A stretch of 32,000 bases of DNA from Candidatus Saccharimonadota bacterium (GCA_049296095.1 JBAQRV010000001.1:450001-482000), one strand, 5' to 3'. Positions 16,008 through 23,696 are shown, counted from the stretch's first letter. The notes: generated from the sequence alone by a model not told the origin. Numbers and translations are program-made.

Positions 16008-18113
16008 TTACTGAGCGTCTTTGAGGCTCAGGCTCAGACGACCACGATCATCGATACCGATCAGTTTCACTTTGACAATCTGGCCTTCTTTAAGAACATC
16101 TTCTACCTTCTCGACACGTTCGTTTGAAAGCTGAGAGATATGCACCATACCGTCAGTGCCAGGCATGATATTAACGAATGCGCCGAACTCTTTAATACTG
16201 ACGACCTTACCTTCGTAAATCTTGCCAACTTCTGGCTCTTCAGTCAGGGCACGGATCCATTCGAGCGCTTTTTCGATAGCGGCAGTATCAGTCGCGGCAA
16301 CGGTAATCAAACCGTCGTCCTTGATGTCAATTTCAGCACCAGTTTCAGCGGTAATCTTGTTAATCACTTCCCCGCCCTTGCCGATCACTGCGCCGATCTT
16401 CTCTGGGTTGATCTTGATCTTCTCAATGCGTGGTGCATATGGACTGAGTTTTTCGCGCGGCTGCGCAAGTGTCGTCAACATGTGCTCGAGAATGTGTGCA
16501 CGACCCTTTTTAGCGGTCAGAAGTGCTTCTCGTAGAATTTCAACTGGCAAACCGTGAACCTTCATGTCCATTTGGAGAGCCGTGATACCATCGGCGGTAC
16601 CAGCAGACTTGAAGTCCATGTCGCCAGCGAAGTCTTCGGCATCAGCGATGTCAGACAGAATGTGTGCAGTGTCGCCGTCCATAATGAGGCCCATAGCGAT
16701 ACCAGATACTGGTGCCTTGATTGGCACACCGGCATCCATCAGTGCCAAGATCGAGCTACAAGTTGCTGCCATCGAGGTTGAACCGTTCTGGCTCATGATC
16801 TCGGTGACACTACGAATGGCGTATGGGAAATCCTCTTCGGCTGGCAGGACTGGGATAACGGCACGCTCTGCGAGGTAGCCGTGACCAATTTCGCGGCGGC
16901 CTGGGCCACCGAGTCGCTGCACTTCACCGACAGTGTAGCCTGGCGCGTTGTAGTGGTGCATGTAACGACGCTCACCATCACTGACTTCCATCGTATCGAC
17001 GATCTGTGCGTAGCTGAGTGGTGCAAGCGTGATAATGTTCATGCCTTGAGTCATGCCGCGTGTGAATAGTGATGAACCGTGAGTACGAGGTAGGATACCG
17101 ACCTCACTTGACAGTGGACGGATTTCATCGAACTGGCGACCATCTGGACGCACCTTGTGTTCAACAATGCCATTTCGGACATCTTTATGAACGGCAACGG
17201 TAAAGGCTTCATCATACTTATCACGAGAATATTCATCACCGATTTTTTCACCCATTTCTTCGTGGAAAGCCCAACGAAGTTGGTTGATTAGTTCATTGCG
17301 TTCTGGGTATGGCTTGCGAACCGCTTCGCCGAGCTTGCCATGCACCCATGCGTCGACTGCCTTTTGAATGTCCTCATCTGGAAGAACAAGGGTGTACTCC
17401 TGTGCAACTGGTGCAACTTTCTCGGCCAATTCCTTTTGAAGCTTAATAGCTGGTTGGTAGTGTTCGAATGCCCAGGCAAGTGCATCGGCAACGACTTCTT
17501 CATCGACTTCATTAGCACCAGCCTCAACCATGGTAATGCCCGATTCAATACCGGCAACCACAAGGTCAAGATCGCTCGCTTCACGTTCTTCAGGGGTTAA
17601 GAAAGCCTTAAACTCACCATTAACACGGCCGATACGGAGGCCTGAAACAGGGCCATCGAAAGGTGTTCCGGTTAGCATAAGCGCAGAGCTGGCTGCGATC
17701 ATAGCGATCATATCAGGACGGAATGATGGGTCCATCGAAAGGACACTTGCGACTACTTGAACCTCTTGGCGATAGCCTTTTGGAAATAGCGGGCGGATTG
17801 GGCGGTCGATAATACGACCGATCAGGATTGCTTCGTCGCTTGGACGGCCTTCCCTCTTAATGAAACGACTGCCGCTGATCTTGCCAGCCGCATACATTTT
17901 TTCTTCATAGTCGATTGAGAGCGGGAAATAATCGAGAACAACTGGTCGGGTACCGACCTGGGCAGTCCCGAGAATAACGGTATCGCCGTAAGTAACCATG
18001 ACTGAGCCAGTGCTACGGAACCCGACGCGGTTTACTTCAAGTGTCAAAGGACGACCTTCGAACTCAGTGGTAACTTTAATAATATCCTTGCCGTAAGGGT
18101 TGATAGTTGCCAT
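16008..18113 (-). CDS. pnp: Polyribonucleotide nucleotidyltransferase (PNPase)
   Basis: 701 aa with two RNase PH-like domains, a KH domain (INPEKIGAVIGKGGEVINKI) and an S1 domain (GKIYEGKVVSIKEFGAFVNIMPGTDGMVHISQLS). AAGAGG Shine-Dalgarno upstream. Confidence 0.97.
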   Translation of the reverse strand: MATINPYGKDIIKVTTEFEGRPLTLEVNRVGFRSTGSVMVTYGDTVILGTAQVGTRPVVLDYFPLSIDYEEKMYAAGKISGSRFIKREGRPSDEAILIGRIIDRPIRPLFPKGYRQEVQVVASVLSMDPSFRPDMIAMIAASSALMLTGTPFDGPVSGLRIGRVNGEFKAFLTPEEREASDLDLVVAGIESGITMVEAGANEVDEEVVADALAWAFEHYQPAIKLQKELAEKVAPVAQEYTLVLPDEDIQKAVDAWVHGKLGEAVRKPYPERNELINQLRWAFHEEMGEKIGDEYSRDKYDEAFTVAVHKDVRNGIVEHKVRPDGRQFDEIRPLSSEVGILPRTHGSSLFTRGMTQGMNIITLAPLSYAQIVDTMEVSDGERRYMHHYNAPGYTVGEVQRLGGPGRREIGHGYLAERAVIPVLPAEEDFPYAIRSVTEIMSQNGSTSMAATCSSILALMDAGVPIKAPVSGIAMGLIMDGDTAHILSDIADAEDFAGDMDFKSAGTADGITALQMDMKVHGLPVEILREALLTAKKGRAHILEHMLTTLAQPREKLSPYAPRIEKIKINPEKIGAVIGKGGEVINKITAETGAEIDIKDDGLITVAATDTAAIEKALEWIRALTEEPEVGKIYEGKVVSIKEFGAFVNIMPGTDGMVHISQLSNERVEKVEDVLKEGQIVKVKLIGIDDRGRLSLSLKDAQ

Positions 18114-18150
18114 ATAGGACCTCTTTTCTAATCACTCGTATTAATCTTGA

Positions 18151-18216
18151 GCGAATAAGTAACGGGTACAGGGACTCTTTTTAGGAATGAGTCGCTCTAT
18201 CCAGCACTTACCTCGC
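18151..18216 (-). promoter_or_regulatory. Long imperfect hairpin in the pnp 5' leader
   Basis: Minus-strand RNA: GCGA(G)GUAAGUG (18216-18205) can pair with CGUUACUUAUUCGC (18164-18151). This gives 4 bp, one bulged G, then 7 more pairs including two G-U. An inner GACUC/GAGUC stem lies at 18193-18189 and 18177-18173. Confidence 0.35.
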
Positions 18217-18257
18217 GTGAGTGAATAACTCTATTATACCCTATTCACCCCTCAGAA

Positions 18258-18286
18258 TAAAAAAGAACTCCGCTTACTTGCGGAGT
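18258..18286 (-). terminator. Rho-independent terminator/attenuator between rpsO and pnp; the rpsO stop codon sits in its loop
   Basis: Minus-strand RNA: ACUCCGC-AAGUAA-GCGGAGU (7 bp, extendable to 9 with a G-U) followed by UCUUUUUUAUU. The UAA of rpsO (18276-18274) is in the loop. Confidence 0.8.
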
Positions 18287-18540
18287 CCGAGTGCTGCGAC
18301 TGTTGCCTTGTAGGCGTCGAAGTCTTTTGCCTCAAGGTATTTCAGAAGTCGTTTACGACGAGACACCATCTGAACCAGGCCGCGACGAGCCATGTGGTCG
18401 TGCTTGTTGGTCTTTAGGTGCTCGGTAATTTCCTTAATACGAGTCGTGAGGACTGACGCCTGTGCCTGTGGGCTACCAACGTCGTCTTTGTGAGTCTGTG
18501 TCAGGGCAAATGCCTGAGCTTTGTTTTCTGCTGTAATCAT
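18274..18540 (-). CDS. rpsO: 30S ribosomal protein S15
   Basis: GSPQAQASVLTTRIKEITEHLKTNKHDHMARRGLVQMVSRRKRLLKYL is a classic S15 sequence. 88 aa. Confidence 0.95.
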   Translation of the reverse strand: MITAENKAQAFALTQTHKDDVGSPQAQASVLTTRIKEITEHLKTNKHDHMARRGLVQMVSRRKRLLKYLEAKDFDAYKATVAALGLRK

Positions 18541-18549
18541 TGGATATGT

Positions 18550-18578
18550 ATTGTAGCAGAATCTCTCCCCTGTTGCAA
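18550..18578 (-). promoter_or_regulatory. Candidate rpsO promoter, with the -10 only 9 nt from the ATG
   Basis: Minus strand: TTGCAA (18578-18573), 17 nt, TACAAT (18555-18550), then acatatcca and ATG (18540). No Shine-Dalgarno. Confidence 0.6.
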
Positions 18579-18614
18579 GGGTTCAGGACAGCTATTTGTT
18601 TTGCAGCGTAAGCA

Positions 18615-18643
18615 TTGACTTTTCATCTGTTAAATGCTATTAT
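18615..18643 (+). promoter_or_regulatory. Candidate promoter of the VirB6-like gene, with the -10 only 9 nt from the ATG
   Basis: TTGACT (18615-18620), 17 nt, TATTAT (18638-18643), then tgcaacgat and ATG (18653). No Shine-Dalgarno. Confidence 0.6.
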
Positions 18644-18652
18644 TGCAACGAT

Positions 18653-21337
18653 ATGGAACTTGCGAGGTCCACTTCGCGCGGAGGGCTATCCGTACGAAGC
18701 GTTTTTACTTTTGCCCTGGCCGCGATCTTTGCGGCGATCTTATGGGTAACCTTTGCCAGCCCGGCAACCCACGCAGCTGATGCCAGCTGGAGTGGATCTG
18801 CTATTTTGTACGAAGGAAATAAGTACCTTGCGACAAACGATAAAGAAATCCTCAAAGATGTCGGGCTTGAGTCAGCCAGTAAGGTATATGTCTTTGTCGA
18901 TCCCGCACAAGCAGATGGGAACCCCAGTTCAAGCAATGGCACATCGCCGCCCACCGCTCGCAAGATACGCTTGATCTACTTTGACGCAAATACTGATTCT
19001 TCTACCGCCACAGAGGCCACGTACAAGGATCTTACTTACGTTGGTCAGGGAAATTATACGAACCCTTCGGCAATAAAGCCGATTACCTTCTCACAAACTG
19101 GCGCAGAGGGCACAACTTCCTGTGATGTCGATACAGGACTTGGCTGGATTATCTGTCCCGTCACCACTACCCTCGCAACCGCCATGGATGCGATATATGA
19201 CATTCTCACCGGATTTCTTGAAGTCCGCCCAGTGGAAACTGGCCAGGACAATGCATTGTACCGAGCCTGGAAAATTATGCAGGGATTTGCGAATATCGCG
19301 TTCGTCATTGTCTTCTTGATTATTATTTACTCGCAGCTGACAGGTGCAGGTATTAGCAGCTACGGTCTCAAAAAACTACTGCCACGTTTGATCATTGCCG
19401 CACTGCTTGTCAATTTGTCTTACTTTATCAGTTCGATTGCGATCGATATCTCGAACATTCTGGGGTATTCTTTGCAAGATATATTTATTTCGATGCGCAA
19501 TAGCCTGGTCGGCACCGAAGGAAACAGTTGGGACGAAGCTGGGATAACCAGCTGGGAGAGCCTCGCAGAATTTGGACTTTCTGGAGGCACTTTACTTGCA
19601 GCGGGTGGTACCGCCGCCTTTATCGCTGTGGCTGACTTTGGTCCTACGGTGATCTTCCTTATCCTACCCGCACTAGTAGTTGCCCTCATTGCAGTACTCG
19701 TCGCACTAGTCGTCCTGGCAGCACGTCAAGCAATTATCATCATTCTCGTCATTCTGTCGCCACTAGCATTTGTCGCTTATTTGCTCCCAAATACTGAGAA
19801 GTGGTTCGGTAAATGGCGCGATACTTTCTTCACCATGCTCTTCCTTTTCCCGGCTTTCTCAGTTGTCTTTGGTGGATCGCAACTTGCCGCAACAGCCATT
19901 ATCCAGACAGCCGACTCGATTAACCTCGTTATTTTAGGAATGCTGGTGCAGGTTGCGCCGCTGTTTATCACTCCCCTGCTAATTAAGCTTGGTGGCGGAT
20001 TATTGGGACGGATTGCCGGGCTGGTTAATGACCCTAATAAGGGTATTATTGATCGTACGCGGAAATTTGCAGAAGATCGAACGCAGAATGCGAGGGCACG
20101 CCGTATCGCAGATCCTAAGGGTTGGCAGTTAATGCGAAGAAATGCTAGATGGCGCTATGATCGCCAAAAAGACCGCGAACAATGGCGTGCGAAGCACACT
20201 GAACGTGCTGATGCCAACTGGGCAGGTCGTCCACGAGCTACCCGTATAGACAATTACGGTCGCGAATCAGGAGATATAAAGACCCTGGCCGAGACAAATT
20301 CCGAAACACGATACAATAATGCAAAACTTGTTCAAAATTCCCGACTTCAATTATTAGACGTTGATCTTCAAAATGCCAAAGGCACACTTGCAAATGCTCA
20401 TCACGATGTAGAATTACAATATAAGAATCTCAAATCGAGAGATACTGGTAATGGATTCAATATTATCCCAGCTCATCTTGCCTCTCGAGCGATGATTGCC
20501 CGCCACAATGCACAACATTCAAGCGCTATCACTCGTGCAATTCACGAAGCCGAAAACATGCAACAACAGGAATACGCGAAGGACTTACAACAATCTGAAG
20601 CACTCCGTCGTTTTGCTGGAGGTATTAACCCACACGGTGCCGACTCAGCACTGGCTGCAGCTATTAACACTGTCCGTGAAGCGTACGGTAAGTCCGTCAC
20701 TGAAGCCCGAGCGATTAATAAGCACTTCGAACTATCTTCAGGTGAACGACAGCGACACGGTCGTGGAGAAACTATTAGGAAGATCAAGGATGGTGCAGTG
20801 CGTATATTTACCCCCGAAAGTACATTCACCCGTGAAGCTGCGATCGAAGATCAAATAACTACCGGAACCGTTGAAGAGGTGGAAGAGTTCGTTCGGCTAT
20901 CAGGTACTCCAGAATTCGCTGACTTCCGATCGACTATCGCTGAAACACTTGCTAAGAATGGTGGAATGACTGCAAAAGCTCTCCATATGGGGGGCCAGTC
21001 AATCGACGATATCGCACAGGGTCGAGTTGTTGGCGAAGAGGGTCTCGACTGGATTACGGCACGAGCAATTGCTAAAGGTAAACTGTCTGAAAAGGATGTT
21101 GCAGGGCTTGATGCCAAGGCAGTTGAACGATTCCGAGCAATCGTCACTTCTAACCGTGGGCGCGCAAACCTCTCTGCCACCGAACGGGCAATTATGGACC
21201 AACGTATTGGTGAACTATCTAAGGTTGTCCGAGAGGCTATGACTGGTGATGAAAAGACTAATATTAAGCCGAGTGCTGTCGATGATCTGCTGGCAATTGC
21301 ACGCCTCACCGATGAGAACTTTGACCCTGACGCATAG
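18653..21337 (+). CDS. Large polytopic membrane protein, TrbL/VirB6-like (TcpH-like architecture): secreted N-domain, about 7 TM helices, and a ~430-aa charged cytoplasmic C-domain
   Basis: The start at 18653 (MELARSTSRGG) is preferred because the ORF-track start at 18596 lies upstream of the predicted -35. Signal peptide ending ATHA-AD. TM block with ILSPLAFVAYLLPNTEKWFGKWRDTFFTMLFLFPAF, which resembles the TrbL/VirB6 signature region by eye. The C-terminal Arg/Glu/Ala-rich region is probably helical. The coding call is solid. The family assignment is tentative. Confidence 0.55.
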   Translation: MELARSTSRGGLSVRSVFTFALAAIFAAILWVTFASPATHAADASWSGSAILYEGNKYLATNDKEILKDVGLESASKVYVFVDPAQADGNPSSSNGTSPPTARKIRLIYFDANTDSSTATEATYKDLTYVGQGNYTNPSAIKPITFSQTGAEGTTSCDVDTGLGWIICPVTTTLATAMDAIYDILTGFLEVRPVETGQDNALYRAWKIMQGFANIAFVIVFLIIIYSQLTGAGISSYGLKKLLPRLIIAALLVNLSYFISSIAIDISNILGYSLQDIFISMRNSLVGTEGNSWDEAGITSWESLAEFGLSGGTLLAAGGTAAFIAVADFGPTVIFLILPALVVALIAVLVALVVLAARQAIIIILVILSPLAFVAYLLPNTEKWFGKWRDTFFTMLFLFPAFSVVFGGSQLAATAIIQTADSINLVILGMLVQVAPLFITPLLIKLGGGLLGRIAGLVNDPNKGIIDRTRKFAEDRTQNARARRIADPKGWQLMRRNARWRYDRQKDREQWRAKHTERADANWAGRPRATRIDNYGRESGDIKTLAETNSETRYNNAKLVQNSRLQLLDVDLQNAKGTLANAHHDVELQYKNLKSRDTGNGFNIIPAHLASRAMIARHNAQHSSAITRAIHEAENMQQQEYAKDLQQSEALRRFAGGINPHGADSALAAAINTVREAYGKSVTEARAINKHFELSSGERQRHGRGETIRKIKDGAVRIFTPESTFTREAAIEDQITTGTVEEVEEFVRLSGTPEFADFRSTIAETLAKNGGMTAKALHMGGQSIDDIAQGRVVGEEGLDWITARAIAKGKLSEKDVAGLDAKAVERFRAIVTSNRGRANLSATERAIMDQRIGELSKVVREAMTGDEKTNIKPSAVDDLLAIARLTDENFDPDA

Positions 21338-21985
21338 TTATGACTGAAGGTTGATAGCGTCCCTCACCGACCACTCCGCCACCTTCGTCCGTCGCAACTC
21401 CACACAATACCCTCCCGTCCCTAAAACTTTCCCGATACCCTCGGCAAGCGTTCGGATATAAGTTCCACTACTGACATGGACGCGAATCTTAAGTTCTGGA
21501 TAACTATATTCAATGATATCGAGGCTAAAGACAGTTACCTGGCGTTCTGGCATTTCAACCACCTCACCTTTCCGAGCAAGCTTGTAGGCACGCTGGCCGT
21601 TGATCTTGATGGCGCTGTATATCGGTGGACGCTGGGTAATTTCGCCAACAAACTGGCCAAGAGCCTTCTGAACCTCCTCGAGCGATGGCTGGACAGCCGA
21701 AACATCGGTAATCTCTCCTTCTGGATCCCCTGTCGTACTGGTCTGCCCTAAACGGATTGTCGCCTCATACACTTTATCGAGTTTCGAATAATTTCCGGCA
21801 TTACGACACTCCTTACCCGTCACAATAATCATAAGGCCAGTCGCGAATGGATCAAGCGTCCCTGTATGTCCGACCTTTGCTTTCTTACCCAACTGCTCTG
21901 AAAGCTGGCGTCGAACTCGGGCCACAACACCAAAACTGGTGATCCCAGCGGGCTTATCGATCAATAGAACACTATCCTCTTGCAT
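21338..21985 (-). CDS. truB: tRNA pseudouridine(55) synthase TruB, short form without a PUA domain
   Basis: LLIDKPAGITSFGVVARVRR, GHTGTLDPFATGLMIIVTG (catalytic Asp motif), SGTYIRTLAEGIG. 215 aa. Its stop abuts the VirB6-like stop with 0 nt between them (TAG|TTA). Confidence 0.9.
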   Translation of the reverse strand: MQEDSVLLIDKPAGITSFGVVARVRRQLSEQLGKKAKVGHTGTLDPFATGLMIIVTGKECRNAGNYSKLDKVYEATIRLGQTSTTGDPEGEITDVSAVQPSLEEVQKALGQFVGEITQRPPIYSAIKINGQRAYKLARKGEVVEMPERQVTVFSLDIIEYSYPELKIRVHVSSGTYIRTLAEGIGKVLGTGGYCVELRRTKVAEWSVRDAINLQS

Positions 21986-21992
21986 GTCCCGT

Positions 21993-21998
21993 ATTATA
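21993..21998 (-). promoter_or_regulatory. -10-like TATAAT 7 nt upstream of the truB ATG
   Basis: Minus strand: TATAAT-acgggac-ATG(21985). No Shine-Dalgarno. The -35 is poor (TGGACA/CTGGAC at suboptimal 15-16 nt spacing, inside the end of the upstream gene). Confidence 0.4.
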
Positions 21999-22006
21999 CC
22001 CCGAAA

Positions 22007-23539
22007 TTAAGACTGTCCAGGAATCTTGAACTGCGTCGGGTCACTGGGACCTGCCGCTGGCGGACTAGTCGGTGGGGTTGGAGCAGGTGGCGCTACCGGA
22101 GGCTCTGGTGCAAGAATATCCCCAAGGCGCTCAGGTTGCTGAGCCGTCGCATCCGGCATATACGCAGCAGAAGCATCTCCAACAGGTGTTTGAGAAAAGT
22201 CAGGTAATGGCGGTGGCATCGGCAATCCGAGGTCGGCTGGTGCTGGCGGAGTTGGTGGGATCGGTGTTGGCGCTACTCCCCCGTCCATCGCATAGGCCGA
22301 ATGAACAGGCTCATCTGTTGCTGGAGGTGTCGTCGCGACACTATCTTGATCAGAGGTAGTACCAATCAGTCCAATGCCTGAATCAGCGTTTGAAGCACCA
22401 TTCATCGGTGTCTCATAGGCCGGACCCGAACTGAGGTAAGAATGAGTTAAGATCGTCTTATTTTTATCGTCCTCAGCTTCTCGTCGGGCATCTTCGGCTG
22501 CTTTTTCTGTTGTTGCATTCAGCGTGCCGCCCATTGATGGTTCTGAGGCAATATCAGACGGCTCTGGCGCGTAAGCGTCCTGAACTTTGATATCTTGAGT
22601 GTCGAGTGCTGTTGTTGCCGCCTCGACCGCCTCAGCTTGTTCGGCCGCCTTGACTCGCTTGTCGAGCTGTTCGAGAGTTTCGTTAGGATCATGACTGATA
22701 TTGAGACTTGTCTTTGATTCTGTCGGTGGCTCAGTCGCGACCAAGTCAGAGCTTGGCGTTGATTCACTAATATCGTGCGTTTCTTCGAGTTTTGAAGCGA
22801 TCAGTTGCTGGTCCGCCCCAGCAGCCATCAGCTGCGCAGCCGTCGTCATGACTCGTGAAGTAGTGTGCGTATTGCTAAAGCGGTCAGTTTCGGCAACAAT
22901 ACCGGTGAGAAGCGCTGTCGCAATTGAAGCATCGAGCAATGATTTCGTTTTATCAGACTTGAGCGCTTCAGCCAGCCCTGCCACCATTTCAGTGAGGCTG
23001 CTCGATTGAGCATCATGCCAATCAATACCACCAAGCGTACTCGTCTGTTCACCCGCAGTGACCGTAATGATAGTCGCGTCGTGTAGAATTTGTCCGTGAT
23101 TTTCGAGGGCCGCATCAAGGTGGTCTTGATTATCTACCCCAAGCGCTATCACTAATTCAACATTAAAATCACCCTGGCTAAACTGAAGATCATCACTGGT
23201 AATGGTTGTTTTGTAAGGCGTAATGAAGATCTTGACCACATCACCTTCTAGCTTGTAGCGAAGATGATCAGCCTTCTCTTTATCAAGCGCAATGATGAAG
23301 TCACGGAGACTATCGGTCGTATCATCAAAAGTCTTCTCAGGTTCAAGGAATGAAATGGCTGGCGGAATTGTTCCACTAAACACCGCAGTTGGGTGTTTTT
23401 CAAGCTTATCAAGAATCAATGTCATACCGAGAGCGGCCGACAACGCATCAACAGATGGGTCGTTAGAGACCGTTACGAGGATGTTTGTCGAGGCTTTTAT
23501 CTTTTCGACAATCTGTTGTTTGGCTTTGATGTCGTCCAT
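22007..23539 (-). CDS. DHH-family (NrnA-like) domain with degenerate catalytic motifs, fused to a ~260-aa Pro/Thr/Ala/Glu-rich low-complexity tail
   Basis: The N-terminal 250 aa follow the NrnA pattern: ILVTVSNDPSVDALSAALGMTLIL aligns with HxxPDGDAxGS, and TALLTGIVAETDRFSN aligns with GIxxDTGxF. The DHH triad position reads TAG (IITVTAGEQ). No GGGH (DHHA1) motif is seen. The tail contains PPTPPAPADLGLPMPPPLPD and PPVAPPAPTPPTSPPAAGP. Confidence 0.65.
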   Translation of the reverse strand: MDDIKAKQQIVEKIKASTNILVTVSNDPSVDALSAALGMTLILDKLEKHPTAVFSGTIPPAISFLEPEKTFDDTTDSLRDFIIALDKEKADHLRYKLEGDVVKIFITPYKTTITSDDLQFSQGDFNVELVIALGVDNQDHLDAALENHGQILHDATIITVTAGEQTSTLGGIDWHDAQSSSLTEMVAGLAEALKSDKTKSLLDASIATALLTGIVAETDRFSNTHTTSRVMTTAAQLMAAGADQQLIASKLEETHDISESTPSSDLVATEPPTESKTSLNISHDPNETLEQLDKRVKAAEQAEAVEAATTALDTQDIKVQDAYAPEPSDIASEPSMGGTLNATTEKAAEDARREAEDDKNKTILTHSYLSSGPAYETPMNGASNADSGIGLIGTTSDQDSVATTPPATDEPVHSAYAMDGGVAPTPIPPTPPAPADLGLPMPPPLPDFSQTPVGDASAAYMPDATAQQPERLGDILAPEPPVAPPAPTPPTSPPAAGPSDPTQFKIPGQS

Positions 23540-23577
23540 GGTGGTTTTTGTTTATTAGGCTCGCTAGCTTTTAGTTC

Positions 23578-23607
23578 ACTATACCATAAGGGTTTTCCCT
23601 CCGTCAA
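23578..23607 (-). promoter_or_regulatory. Candidate promoter of the DHH-like/truB unit
   Basis: Minus strand: TTGACG (23607-23602), 18 nt, TGgTATAGT (extended -10, 23586-23578). 38-nt leader without an obvious Shine-Dalgarno. Confidence 0.45.
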
Positions 23608-23628
23608 TAAAACCCTTTCCAACCCTTT
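23588..23628. repeat. 9-bp perfect inverted repeat plus a 10-bp-phased direct half-site in the divergent promoter region
   Basis: AAGGGTTTT (23588-23596), 12 nt, AAAACCCTT (23609-23617). AACCCTTT occurs at 23611-23618 and again at 23621-23628, exactly 10 bp later. Confidence 0.5.
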
Positions 23629-23654
23629 ACATTTTGTCGGTTTTCCTCTATAAT
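23626..23654 (+). promoter_or_regulatory. Candidate rpsT promoter
   Basis: TTTACA (23626-23631), 17 nt, TATAAT (23649-23654). 42-nt leader with AAAGGAAA 5 nt before ATG 23697. Confidence 0.6.
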
Positions 23655-23696
23655 CACCCCTTGACTAGGTACACTATTTAAGAGAAAAGGAAATTC

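Noticed and set aside
18577-18583. AAGGGTT in the rpsO promoter region as another copy of the 23588-23628 operator half-site
   Set aside because: A 7-mer is expected several times by chance in 64 kb of two-strand sequence. There is no partner half-site nearby.
18596-18652. Upstream ATG start (18596) for the VirB6-like protein, and similar 5' extensions of ssb (9885), rpsF (10231), pilM (4290), the 654-aa ORF (6179) and the Wbl gene (30109)
   Set aside because: The extensions add non-conserved residues, overlap upstream genes or predicted promoter elements, and lack Shine-Dalgarno spacing. Internal starts have better signals.
20851-21309. 152-aa minus-strand ORF antisense to the 3' end of the VirB6-like gene, considered as a possible relic of the missing TruB PUA domain
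   Set aside because: The translation (Ser/Arg/Ala-rich) has no PUA-like pattern. It is not contiguous or in frame with truB, which ends at 21338. It is most likely a shadow ORF.
18596-21337. VirB6-like gene as part of an integrated conjugative or mobile element
   Set aside because: There is no integrase, relaxase, VirB4/VirD4, flanking direct repeats or tRNA target in the window. The gene fills the intergenic space exactly and shares a promoter region with rpsO. I saw no obvious compositional break by eye.
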